In this document: positions 37,345-49,910 of the stretch, piece by piece
How positions within the stretch are numbered: the stretch's first letter is position 1
Layout: each line of letters starts with the position of its first letter
Assembly (NCBI GenBank): GCA_002269645.1
Contig: NIVC01000374.1
Span: 496,001 to 560,000, forward strand
Length of the DNA stretch: 64,000 bases
Direction of reading: 5' to 3'
Origin: Macrostomum lignano
Lineage: Eukaryota
Position numbers and translations under genes: made by a program
Notes under the pieces: model-generated
Seen by the model: the letters and a program-made list of their open reading frames with translations, nothing else
What the model was told of the DNA's origin: nothing
The model's database searches: none

Positions 37345-37870
37345 GTAACGGCCAGCGAGTCTGAGTTGCCTCTCGCGCATCAGGTCAGAAGGCCGCGTAA
37401 GGCGGACCCAGCGTAGAGCACAGCATCGCAGAGTGCGCGGCGTCCAGCTACTTCTTCAGGGCATCCGTCAAGGTCCAGGTCTCAGCGTTGTTGAGGAGAG
37501 CAGTCTCGACGACTGCCCGAAACAGCTGAGCCCTGGTCCCGCCATCCAGAGCTTCCGATTGCTGCACCGAGTGCACCGAGCGTAAGGCGGCCCTGACCGG
37601 CCCGCGTCTCCTTTTTATGTCTCTGGCGATGTCCGGCACGAGTCCGCCGAGGTATACGAAATGCCGGCAGCGTGGAAGTGGGGTCTCATCCCCGGCAGCA
37701 TCTCGATTCGTGATCTCAGCACGTAGGTCCAGTGGCATAGTGAATATTTCAGTCTTCTGCGTGTTCCGCGTGAGGCCGACCCTCGCTGCCGCTTTCGTCA
37801 AGCCATCCAGCAGCCGTTGGGCGCCTTCGACTGTTGAAGACAGCAACGCAAGTTTGTCCGCGACCCAGAT
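37345..37870 (-). mobile_element. Internal RTE reverse transcriptase fragment
   Basis: ADKLALL (decayed YADD)...FVYLGG...LLNNAETWTLT, homologous to ~2850-3400. Confidence 0.85.
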
Positions 37871-37874
37871 AATG

Positions 37875-38015
37875 CTGGCACCCATTTTTCAGCTGGGTGA
37901 TCCGAAGCAAGAGTTAAGTGTCTTGCTCAAGAACATAAGTTGTTCCGATTGCGTCAAGAATCGAACCCCTGGACCTTTCAGTCATAAGTCTGACGCTCTA
38001 ACCACTAGGCTACAA
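37875..38015 (-). mobile_element. tRNA-derived SINE head plus a CORE/Nin-like domain
   Basis: Minus strand TAGCCTAGTGGTTAGAGCG (A box)...GGTTCGATTC (B box), then TTGAGCAAGACACTTAAC...CACCCAGCTGAAAAATGGGTGCC. Confidence 0.6.
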
Positions 38016-38142
38016 CCCTCTTCAACCGCTGAACAGTAGTTTGCAGTTGAATGTCCGTCGTTGTCTGTCTGTCTCGGGTGTAGAACTTGGTACCGTTCGA
38101 AGATACCTAAAGAAAGTATAAGAACTCATTTATTTCGGTTGA

Positions 38143-41100
38143 ACTAGTGAATGAAGACGCTGTCGTCTTCAAAGGTGGGACGATGGTTTATATTGTGTCC
38201 ATTATTGTTTATGGCTATGACATCTATTTATTTAACCTAAATTGAGAGCTAAAAAGCCCCCCACGCCCCTGGCATTAGTTAGTCTAGTGGTATAGTGGGG
38301 ACTGGCCGCCCCCCACGCCCCTGGCATTAGTTAGTCTAGTGGTATAGTGGGGACTGGCCGCCCCCCACGCCCCTGGCATTAGTTAGTCTAGTGGTATAGT
38401 GGGGGCTGGCCGCCCCCCACGCCCCTGGCATTAGTTAGTCTAAGTGGTATAGTGGGGGCTGGCCGCCCCCCACGCCCCTGGCATTAGTTAGTCTAGTGGT
38501 ATAGTGGTATAGTGGGGGCTGGCCGCCCCCACGCCCCTGGCATTAGTTAGTCTAGTGGTATAGTAGGGGCTGGCCGCCCCCGACGCCCCTGGCATTAGTT
38601 AGTCTAGTGGTATAGTGGGGGCTGGCCGCCCCCACGCCCCTGGCATTAGTTAGTCTAGTGGTATAGTGGGGGCTGGCCGCCCCCACGCCCCTGGCATTAG
38701 TTAGTCTAGTGGTATAGTGGGGGCTGGCCGCCCCCACGCCCCTGGCATTAGTTAGTCTAGTGGTATAGTGGGGGCTGGCCGCCCCCCACGCCCCTGGCAT
38801 TAGTTAGTCTAAGTGGTATAGTGGGGGGCTGGCCGCCCCCCACGCCCCTGGCATTAGTTAGTCTAGTGGTATAGTGGGGGCTGGCCGCCCCCACGCCCCT
38901 GGCATTAGTTAGTCTAGTGGTATAGTGGGGGCTGGCCGCCCCCACGCCCCTGGCATTAGTTAGTCTAGTGGTATAGTGGGGGGCTGGCCGCCCCCCACGC
39001 CCCTGGCATTTATTAGTCTAGTGGTATAGTGGGGGGCTCGCCGCCCCCACGCCCCTGGCATTAGTTAGTCTAGTGGTATAGTTGGGGGCTGGCCGCCCCC
39101 ACGCCCCTGGCATTTGTTAGTCTAGTGGTATAGTGGGGGGCTCGCCACCCCCCACGCCCCTGGCATTAGTTAGTCTAGTGGTATAGTGGTACAACTATAT
39201 TCTAGCCTTTAAACGACCAGACATCAAATACTTGCTTGCCGACATGTATCGTAATATACTTTTTGCACTAACAATCATACGTGCCGCACTAAAAGATTCA
39301 CTGTTACTCTTTAAATACGTATAAAAAGAAAAATAAATTTAAATAAATGTAATTTACTTGTATAAGAAACATAATAGTTGGAGAAATAAAAATACTAAAA
39401 ATCTGTTTGCTCTAAAAGAACTTTAAACTAAAAAATTTTCGGATCTCTTGGGAATCGAACCCTGCAGGACTCAATTATATGGAAACTAACTCTGCCACTG
39501 AGCCACTAATTGCTTACTAAGTTGGCCTATAGTACACGTATTTTATATCGAATATCGCTAATAACAGCCATTTCTACCATTTTTGCTGCTTTTTCATACA
39601 TTTCTGCTCGTTGCATCGCAACGCTTCTACCTAAAAATACGAGTCGCATGTCGTTACAGAGATAACATTAAGGCGCATTCATCCAATGCATTTTCAAATT
39701 ATGTCAACAAATTTTTCGGCTGCTAGGCGCCAAAATATTAATTTTCACCTGTTCTGACAGGTAATCAAACAGGTATTAAGACCTGTTAACCTAAGAATCA
39801 GTTTTCAAAACTTATTTAGCTGCATAATGCATCCATAGTGCTGTTTTTAGACACCAAACTTGAGTCTCTAGGTCTCGCCAATGCAGAGTTATTAGCAAAA
39901 GTATGCTCAAAATTTGCCCAAAAATGGCCTACTCAAAATTCGGAGCCAATTTTCTCAAAAATACGAATTTTCCAGCCATATTGGCGTATGACCGGTGTAA
40001 CTTCAGCTATTCGACTAAACAATATTGAAAATGCAGAAAAATCGGTGCGCAAAATTTCTTATTTTTCGACTTCAAAGTTTGTACCCCAAAAGGGCCGTTT
40101 TTCAATTAACAGGTAAAAAGTACCTGTTAACAGGTATTTTTTCCAGAGTGTCTTGCGCCATTCGAACGGGCATCCGATGGGCTACAATTTGACACCACAC
40201 TTGAAAAAATTCGCCCAGTAATAAAAATTTTTCTTTAACAACATATGCTTTTTTGGTCGAGTCCCCCGGCCTCTTTTTTCCCCGGTTTCCGGGTCACTGC
40301 TCAGCACAGGTAGGTCCCAATGCTTAGAAAATTCAGGAAAACAAATTTCCAAATGTTTGACACGTCGTGTTAAAGTCTCAACACCGTAGCATAAAACACT
40401 TTCTTATTTTTGGAGACTACTTTTTGAAAACGTGACCCAAATTTTCAAAAACACTGTTTTTGACTCTTGTAGCCATATAGAGCAGCAATGAATGGCCCAA
40501 TCAAGCAGATCTCAGCATTTCCGAATAAAAGACATCCATTTGAGTGATTTGGGTTGAAAAATTGAAAAAATCAAGATTTGCATCTGTATAGGATAAGCCT
40601 CTTTAAAGTGCACAAACGGTTTGTACTTTTAAAGTGCAGATAGGCAGCCATGTCAAAAGTACATTTTAGCCCAAAATATTATAGCGCATCTAAAAGCCCC
40701 AGGTGTTGTTGACATTAGGCAGCAGCTCAAAAGCCGCGCTATTGCGCGTCCTTTTCGCTGCAGTACGGGCAAGGTTGAAAAACGTGTACAAAAAATTGAC
40801 CGAAAAATTGCATTTTTAAAAATCAGATGCAGTTTGCTCAAAAATACGAATTTTCCAGCCATATTGGCGTATGACCGGTGAAACTTTAGCTATTCGACTA
40901 AACAATATTGAAAATGCAGAAAAATCGGTGCGCAAAATTTCTTATTTTTCCACTCCAAAGTTTGTACCCCAAAATGGGCCGTTTTTCAATTAACAGGTAA
41001 AAAGTACCTGTTAACAGGGGTTTTTTCCACAGTGTCGTACGTCGTTCAAACGGGCTTCCGATAGGCTACAATCTGACACTACACTCGAAAAAATTCGCCC

Positions 41101-42144
41101 CATTTTAAAAAATTTTTCTTAACAACGTCTGATTTTCTGCAGAGCCCCCGGCCTCTTTTTTCCCTGGTTTCCGGGTCACTGCTCCGCACAGGTAGGTCCA
41201 AATGCTTAGAAAATTCAGGAAAACAAATTTCCATATGTTTGACACGTTGTGTTAAAGTCTCAACACCGTAACATAAAACACTTTCTTATTTTTTGGGACT
41301 ACTTTTTAAAAACGTGACCCAATTTTTCGAAAATGTCGTTTTTAGGCACTCTTTGGCACCTGGGCAGGTTATTGATGGCCCAATCGGCCAAATCTCGATG
41401 TTTCCGATTAAAAGACATCCATTTGAGTTATTTGGTATACAAAACAGCAAAAATAAAGTTTTCCATCTCGACGCCATAGGCCTCACAAAAGTGCACTAAA
41501 AATTTGTACTTTTAAACAGCAGATAGGCAGCCATGTGAAAAGTACCTTTTAGCCCGAAAAAATATAGCGCATCAAACAGCCTTAAGTGTTTTTAAGGCTA
41601 GGAGGCAGCTCAAAGGCCGCGCTATCGCGCGTCCTTTTCGCTGCGGTGAGGCAAAGTTGAAAAAAATGCCGATTTTTCGACCTCAAAAAACACGTTTTTT
41701 GTACTTTTAGCCTAAAAGTTAAAGTGCAATCAAAAAATCCATTTCGGATCATTGTAGCGTTTGAATGCCCGCGTCTTTTGAGCACACTCACTAAGCGCTG
41801 CCATAATTTCCTGCCGCTGTAATTGAGATCAAATTTTTTGACAATGTTGAAAAAACGCAGTTTTTGGTTGCCATGGCAACCAAAACGCGTTGCCATGGCA
41901 ACCAACTATTGTGCATCCGATAGCGCTAGGTCTTTGACACATTTTGGCAAAAACCGTTTGTAAATTGGTCGTACCGTTTTTTATTGGCAGCATTTCAAAG
42001 TTGAAAAACGTCATTTTAGTGTATGACATATGGCGCACATCTTATCAGGGACGATTTCGCAAAAGTAAGCACCATAGAAAAAAATTCTCGCTTCGCTCGC
42101 CTTTTTTTCTATACTACTTACTGGCTCATCGTCCCACAACTAGT
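38143..42144 (-). mobile_element. Non-autonomous Helentron/DINE-1-like element, unit 1 (~4.0 kb)
   Basis: ACTAGT termini, 11-bp subTIRs GTGGGACGATG (38175-38185) and CATCGTCCCAC (42127-42137), stem-loop TGAAGACG-ctgt-CGTCTTCA (38152-38171) next to the CTAG end, an internal minisatellite, and no ORF. Confidence 0.7.
38258..39190. repeat. ~51-bp GC-rich minisatellite A (CCCCACGCCCCTGGCATTAGTTAGTCTAGTGGTATAGTGGGGGCTGGCCG)
   Basis: About 18 tandem copies in unit 1. Confidence 0.95.
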
Positions 42145-45100
42145 GAATGAAGACGCTGTCGTCTTCAAAGGTGGGACGATGGGTATATATTGTGTTTTTA
42201 TCCTTTTATGGCTATGACATATGCCCCTGGCATTAGTTAGTCTAGTGGTCTAGTGGGGGGCTGGCCGCCCCCACGCCCCTGGCATTAGTTAGTCTAGTGG
42301 TATAGTGGGGGGCTAGCCGCCCCCCACGCCCCTGGCATTAGTTAGTCTAGTGGTATAGTGGGGGCTGGCCGCCCCCCACGCTCCTGGCATTAGTTAGTCT
42401 AGTGGTATAGTGGGGGGCTGGCCGCCACCCACGCCCCTGGCATTAGTTAGTCTAGTGGTATAGTGGGGGCTTGCCGCCCCCACGCCCCTGGCATTAGTTA
42501 GTCTAGTGGTATAGTGGGGGCTGGCCGCCCCCACGCCCCTGGCATTAGTTTTTCTAGTGGTACGCTAGTATAGTGGGGGCTTGCCGCCCCCACGCCCCTG
42601 GCATTAGTTAGTCTAGTGGTATAGTGGGGGGGGCTGGCCGCCCCCACGCCCCTGGCATTAGTTAGTCTAGTGGTATAGTGGGGGCTAGCCGCCCCCACGC
42701 CCCGGGCATTAGTTAGTCTAGTGGTATAGTGGGGGCTGGCCGCCCCCACGCCCCTGGCATTAGTTAGTCTAGTGGTATAGTGGGGGCTTTCCGCCCCCAC
42801 GCCCCTGGCATTAGTTAGTCTAGTGGTATAGTGGGGGCTGGCCGCCCCCACGCCCCTGGCATTAGTTAGTCTAGTGGTATAGTGGGGGCTAGCCGCCCCC
42901 ACGCCCCTGGCATTAGTTCTTCTAGTGGTACGCTCGTATAGTGGGGGGCTTGCCGCCCCCCACGCCCCTGGCATTAGTTAGTCTAGTGGTATAGTGGGGG
43001 CTGGCCGCCCCCACGCCCCTGGCATTAGTTAGTCTAGTGGTGTAGTGGGGGGCTGGCCACCCCCACGCCCCTGGCATTAGTTAGTCTAGTGGTAGCGTGG
43101 GGGGCTTGCCGCCCCCCACGCCCCTGGCATTAGTTAGTCTAGTGGTATAGTGGGGGCTGGCCGCCCCCCACGCCCCTGGCATTAGTTAGTCTAGTGGTAT
43201 AGTGGGGGGCTGGCCGCCCCCCACGCCCCTGGCATTAGTTAGTCTAGTGGTATAGTGGGGGGCTTGCTGCCCCCCACGCCCCTGGCATTAGTTAGTCTAG
43301 TGGTATAGTGGGGGGCTTGCCGCCCCCCACGCCCCTGGCATTAGTTAGTCTAGTGGTATAGTGGGGGGCTGGCCGCCCCCCACGCCCCTGGCATTAGTTT
43401 TTCTAGTGGTACGCTCGTATAGTAGGGGGCTGGCCGCCCCCCACGCCCCTGGCATTAGTTTTCTAGTGGTACACTCGTATAGTGGGGGCTTGCCGCCCCC
43501 ACGCCCCTGGCATTAGTTAGTCTAGTGGTATAGTGGGGGCTGGCCGCCCCCACGCCCCTGGCATTAGTTAGTCTAGTGGTATAGTGGGGGCTGGCCGCCC
43601 CCCACGCCCCTGGCATTAGTTAGTCTAGTGGTATAGTGGGGGCTGGCCGCCCCCCACGCCCCTGGCATTAGTTAGTCTAGTGGTATAGTGGGGGCTGGCC
43701 GCCCCACACCCCTGGCATTAGTTTGTCTAGTGGTATAGTGGGGAGTTGGCCGCCCCACGCCCCTGGCATTAGTTTGTCTAGTGGTATAGTGGAAGGCTGG
43801 CCGCCCCACACCCCCGCTCCCCACCCCTCCGCGCGTTGTTGTTGTGGAGGGTGGTTGTTGTTGTGGGGTTTGCGTAACGTGGGGGCTGCCGCCCCCACAC
43901 CCCGCTCCCCCACCCCTCCCGCGCGTTGTTGTTGGGGAGGGTGGTTGTTGTTGTGGGGTTTGCGTAACGTGGGGGCTGCCGCCCCCACACCCCCGCTCCC
44001 CCACCCCACCCCTCCGCAACTTTTCCCACCTCTAACACATCTTTTTAGCATGCTAAAACTGCTTGTAAGCCTTTGGCGACCGCGCAACACATCATACTTG
44101 CCGATATGTATCGTAATATTCTTTCTGCACTAACAAATCATCTGTGCCGCACTTTCAGCTTCACTCTTACTCTTTAATAAGGTATAGAAGGAAAGGAAAA
44201 TTAAACAATCAATATTAAATTATATTCAAGTGAAAGAGAATTGAAAATACTAATAAATCCGTTCCTGCTAAAAAAATTAAATATAAAAAAAACTTGGCCC
44301 ACTTGGGATTCGAACCCGTGTTTAACCCATTAACGAAGCAACTGCCTTCGGCCCCGAAGCATCTCTTGCTTAAGCGATGCTCTACAGTGCACGCCCTTTA
44401 TATCGAATATTCCCTATGGTAGCCACTTTTACGATTTTTGCTGCTTTTTCATACATTTCTGCTCGCTGCATCGCAGCGCCTTCATCTAAAAATGCGAGTC
44501 GCATGTCGTTACAGAGATAACATCAAGGCGCATTCATCTAATGCATTTTTAAAGTATGTCAACAAATTTTACGCCTCCTAGGCGCCAAATTGTGCATTTT
44601 CACCTGTTCTGACAGGTATTCAAACAGGTATTAAGACCTATTAACTTAAGAATCAGTTTTCAAAACTTATTTAGTTGCACAGTGCATCCATAGTGCTGTT
44701 TTTAGACACCAAACTTGAGTCTCTAGGCCTTGCCAATGCAGAGTTATTAGCAAAAGTATGCTCAAAATTTGCCCAAAAATAGCCTTCTCAAAATTCAGAG
44801 CCAAATTTCTCAAAAATACGAATTTTCCAGCCATATTGGCGTATGACCGGTGTAACTTCAGCTATTCGACTAAACAATATTGAAAATGCAGAAAAATCGG
44901 TGCGCAAAAATTCTTATTTTTCGACTTCAAAGTTTGTACCCCCGAATGGGCCGTTTTTCACTTAACAGGTAAAAAGTACCTGTTAACAGGGGTTTTTTCC
45001 ACAGTGTCTTATGTCATTCAAAAGGGCATCCGATAGGCTACAATTTGACGCCATACTCGAAAAACTTTGCCCCATTTTAAAAAAATTTCCTTAACAACGT

Positions 45101-46116
45101 CTGATTTTCTGCAGTGCCCCCGGCCTCTTTTTTCCCTGGTTTCCGGGTCACTGCTCAGCACAGGTAGGTCCAAATGCTTAGAAAATTTAGGAAAACAAAT
45201 TTCCATATGTTTGACACGTCGTGTTAAAGTCTCAACACTGTAGCATAAAACACTTTTTCAAGTTTGAGGACTACTTTTTTAAAACGTGACCCAATTTTTC
45301 GAAAATGTCGTTTTTAGGCACTCTTTGGCACCTGGGCAGGTTATTGATGGCCCAATCAGCCAAATCTCGATGTTTCCGAATAGAAGACATCCATTTGAGT
45401 AATTTGGTGTAGAAATATTAAAAAATAAACTTTTCCATCTCGACGAGATAGGCCTCACAAAAGTGCACTAAAAATTTGTACTTTTAAAGTGCAGATAGGC
45501 AGCCATGTGAAAAGTACATTTTAGCCCTAAAAACTATAGCGCATCAAACAGCCCCAGGTGTTATTGACACTATGAGGCAGCTCAAAGGCCGCGCTATCGC
45601 GCGTCCTTTTCGCTGCGGTGAGGCAAAGTTGGAAAAAATGCCAATTTTTCGACCTCAAAAAACACGTTTTTTGTACTTTTACCTGTGAAGTGAAAGTACA
45701 ATCAAAAAATCCATTTCTGATCATTGTAGCGTTTGAATGCCCGCGTTTACTGAGCCCACTCGCTAAGCGCTGCCATATTCTCAATCCTTATTTTTTGAGA
45801 TCAAAGTTTTTGACAAAGTCGAAAAAACGCAGTTTTTGGTTGCCATGGCAACCAAAACGCGTTGCCATAGCAACCAACTATTGTGCATCCGATAGCGCTA
45901 GGTCTTTGACACATTTTGGCAAAAACAGTTTGTAAATCGGTCGTACCGTTTTTTATGCGCAGCGTTTCAAAGTTGAAAAACGTCATTTTTAGTGTGTGCA
46001 ACCACGTTACATCTTATCAGGGACGATTTCGCAAAAGTAAGCAGCATAGAAAAAAATTCTCGCTTCGCTCGCCTTTTTTTCTATACTACTTACTGGCTCA
46101 TCGTCCCACAACTAGT
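42139..46116 (-). mobile_element. Helentron-like element, unit 2 (~4.0 kb)
   Basis: Same termini, sharing the ACTAGT junctions with units 1 and 3. Confidence 0.7.
42224..44010. repeat. Minisatellite A (about 30 copies) grading into ~91-bp minisatellite B
   Basis: Tandem copies, with the transition at ~43700-43810. Confidence 0.9.
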
Positions 46117-49100
46117 GAATGAAGACGCTGTCGTCTTCAAAGGTGGGACGATGGTTTATATATTGTTCGTAACTTTTATGGCCTATTTTAAATTTAAAAA
46201 AAAAACTAAGAAGCTTAGTTGATTATAATTTAATTTAAACAAAGTTTAAGCATAACTATTTAAAAAAATTAATAAAAATACTTATGATGGTTTATTATGT
46301 CCATTATTGTTTATGGCTATGACCTATTTATTTAACCCAAATTAAGAACTAATTAAAACGCTATATCGTGTTTTTATATTTTACGGCTATACCGCATTTT
46401 CAATTTGATTTAAACAAAGTTTATACATAACTGTGGAAATATAATAATAAAAAATATTTTATTAGATTACAAGAATATCCACTCTGCTGTTGTGTAGAAA
46501 GGGTTGTTAAGGCGGTTTTGTTGTTTGTTGGTTGTAAAAGGGGTTGTTGTTGTTGGGGTTTTTGTTGTTGTTGGGGTTGTTGTTGTTGTTGTTGGGGGGT
46601 GGTTGTTGTTGGGGGGTTTGCGTAACGTGGGGGCTGCCGCCCCCACACCCCCGCTCCCCCACCCCTCCCGCGCGTTGTTGTTGGGGGTTTGCGTAACGTG
46701 GGGGCTCCGCCCCCACACCCCCGCTCCCCCACCCCTCCCGCGCGTTGTTGTTGGGGAGGGTGGTTGTTGTTGTGGGGTTTGCGTATCGTGGGGGCTGCCG
46801 CCCCACACCCCCGCTCCCCCACCCCTCCCGCGCGTTGTTGTTGGGGAGGGTGGTTGTTGTTGGGGGTTTGCGTATTGTGGGGGCTGCCGCCCCCACACCC
46901 CGCTCCCCCACCTAACCCCTCCGCAAATTTTCCCACCTCTAACACATCTTTTTAGCACGCTAAAACTGCTTGTAAGCCTTCTGGCGACCACGCAACACAT
47001 ACTTGCCGATATGTATCGTAATACTCTTTCTGCACTAACAAATCATCTGTGCCGCACTTTCAGCTTCACTCTTACTCTTTAATAAGGTATACAAGGAAAG
47101 GAAAATTAAACAATTAATATTAAATTATATTCAAGTGAAAGAGAATTGAAAATACTAATAAATCCGTTCCTGCTAAAAAAATTAAATATAAAAAAACCTG
47201 GCCCACTTGGGATTCGAACCCGTGTTTAGGCCATTTACAAAGCAATTGCCTTCGGCCCCGATCCATCTCTCGCTTAAGCGAAGCTCTACAGTGCACGCGC
47301 TTTATATCGAATATTCCGTATGTATGGTAGCCACTTATACGATTTTTGCTGCTTTTTCATACATTTCTGCTCGCTGCATCGCAACGCCTTAACCTAAAAA
47401 TACGAGTCGCATGTCGTTACAATCAAAACATCAAGGCGCATTAATCCAATGCATTTTCAAACTATGTCAACAAATTTTTTCGGCTGCTAGGCGCCAAATT
47501 ATGAATTTTTACCTGTTCTGACAGGTATTCAAACAGGTATTAAGACCTGTTAACCTAAGAATCAGTTTTCAAAACTTATTTAGTTGCATAGTGCATCCAT
47601 AATGCTGTTTTTAGACACCAAACTTGAGTCTCTAGGTCTCGCCAATGCAGAGTTATTAGCAAAAGTATGCTCAAAATTTGCCCAAAAATGGCCTACTCAA
47701 AATTCGGAGCCAATTTTCTCAAAAATACGAATTTTCCAGCCATATTGGCGTATGACCGGTGAAACTTCAGCTATTCGACTAAACAATATTGAAAATGCAG
47801 AAAAATCGGTGCGCAAAATTTCTTATTTTTCGACTTCAAAGTTTGTACCCCAAATGGGCCGTTTTTCACTTAACAGGTAAAAAGTACCTGTTAACAGGTA
47901 TTTTTTCCAGAGTGTCTTGCGCCATTCGAACGGGCATCCGATGGGCTACAATTTGACACCACACTCGAAAAAATTCGCCCAGTAATAAAAATTTTTCTTT
48001 AACAACATATGGTTTTTTGGTCGAGTCCCCCGGCCTCTTTTTTCCCCGGTTTCCGGGTCACTGCTCCGCACCGGTAGGTCCAAATGCTTAGAAAATTTAG
48101 GAAAACAAATTTCCATATGTTTGACACGTTTTGTTAAAATCTCAACACCGTAGCTTAAAACACTTTCTTATTTTTGGAGACTACTTTTTGAAAACGTGAC
48201 CCAAATTTTCAAAAACACTGTTTTTGACCCTTGTAGCCATATAGAGCAGCAATGAATGGCCCAATCAAGCAGATCTCAGCATTTCCGAATAAAAGACATC
48301 CATTTGAGTGATTTGGGTTGAAAAATTGAAAAAATCAAGATTTGCATCTGTATAGGATAAGCCTCTTTAAAGTGCACAAACGGTTTGTACTTTTAAAGTG
48401 CAGATAGGTAGCCATGTCAAAAGTACATTTTAGCCCAAAAAAGTATAGCGCATCTAAAAGCCCCAGGTGTTGTTGACATTAGGCAGCAGCTCAAAAGCCG
48501 CGCTATTGCGCGTCCTTTTCGCTGCAGTACGGGCAAGGTTGAAAAACATGTACAAAAAATTGGCCGAAAAATTGCATTTTTAAAAATCAGATGCAGTTTG
48601 CTCAAAAATACGAATTTTCCAGCCATATTGGCGTATGACCGGTGAAACTTTAGCTATTCGACTAAACAATATTGAAAATGCAGAAAAATCGGTGCGCAAA
48701 ATTTCTTATTTTTCCACTCCAAAGTTTGTACCCCCAAATGGGCCGTTTTTCACTTAACAGGTAAAAAGTACCTGTTAACAGGGGTTTTTTCAGGAGTGTC
48801 TTATGTCATTCAAAAGGGCATCCGATGGGCTACAATTTGACACTACACTCGAAAAAATTCGCCCCATTTTAAAAAAATTTCCTTAACAACGTTTGATTTT
48901 CTGCAGAGCCCCCGGCCTCTTTTTTCCCTGGTTTCCGGGTCACTGCTCAGCACAGGTAGGTCCAAATGCTTAGAAAATTTGGGAAAACAAATTTCCAAAT
49001 GTTTGACACGTTGTGTTAAAGTCTCAACACCGTAGCATAAAACACTTTCTTATTTTTTGGGACTACTTTTTAAAAACGTGACCCAATTTTTCGAAAATGT

Positions 49101-49910
49101 CGTTTTTAGGCACTCTTTGGCACCTGGGCAGGTTTATTGATGGCCCAATCAGCCAGATCTCAATGTTTCCGAATAGAAGACATCCATTTGAGTAATTTGG
49201 TGTAGAAATATTAAAAAATAAAGTTTTCCATCTCGACGCCATAGGCCTCACAAAAGTGCACTAAAAATTTGTACTTTTAAAGTGCAGATGGGCAGCCATG
49301 AGAAAAGTACATTTTAGCCAAAAAAACTACAGCGCATTAGACAGCTCAAAGTGTTGTCAACGCTAGGAGACAGCTCAAAGGCCGCGCGAAAGCGCGTCCT
49401 TTTCGCTGCGGTGAGGCAAAGTTGAAAAAAATGCCAATTTTTCGACCTCAAAAAACACGTTTTTTGTACTTTTACCTGTAAAGTGAAAGTACAATCAAAA
49501 AATCCATTTCGGATCATTGTAGCGTTCGAATGCCCGCGTCTTTTGAGCACACTCACTAAGCGCTGCCATAATTTCCTGCCGCTGTAATTGAGATCAAATT
49601 TTTTGACAATGTTGAAAAAACGCAGTTTTTGGTTGCCATGGCAACCAAAACGCATTGCCATGGCAACCAAACCCTGCGGCTCTGATAGCCCTAAGTCTTT
49701 GACGCATTTTGGCAAAAACCGTTTGTAAATCGGTCGCACCGTTTTTTATTGGCAGCGTTTCAAAGTTGAAAAACGTCATTTTAGTGTATGACATATGGCG
49801 CACATCTTATCAGGGACGATTTCGCAAAAGTAAGCACCATAGAAAAAAATTCTCGCTTCGCTCGCCTTTTTTTCTATGCCACTTACTGGCTCCATCGTCC
49901 CACAACTAGT
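46111..49910 (-). mobile_element. Helentron-like element, unit 3 (~3.8 kb)
   Basis: Same termini and internal blocks. Confidence 0.7.
46520..46920. repeat. (TTG)n plus ~91-bp minisatellite B in unit 3
   Basis: GCGTAACGTGGGGGCTGCCGCCCCCACACCCCCGCTCCCCC... in tandem. Confidence 0.9.
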
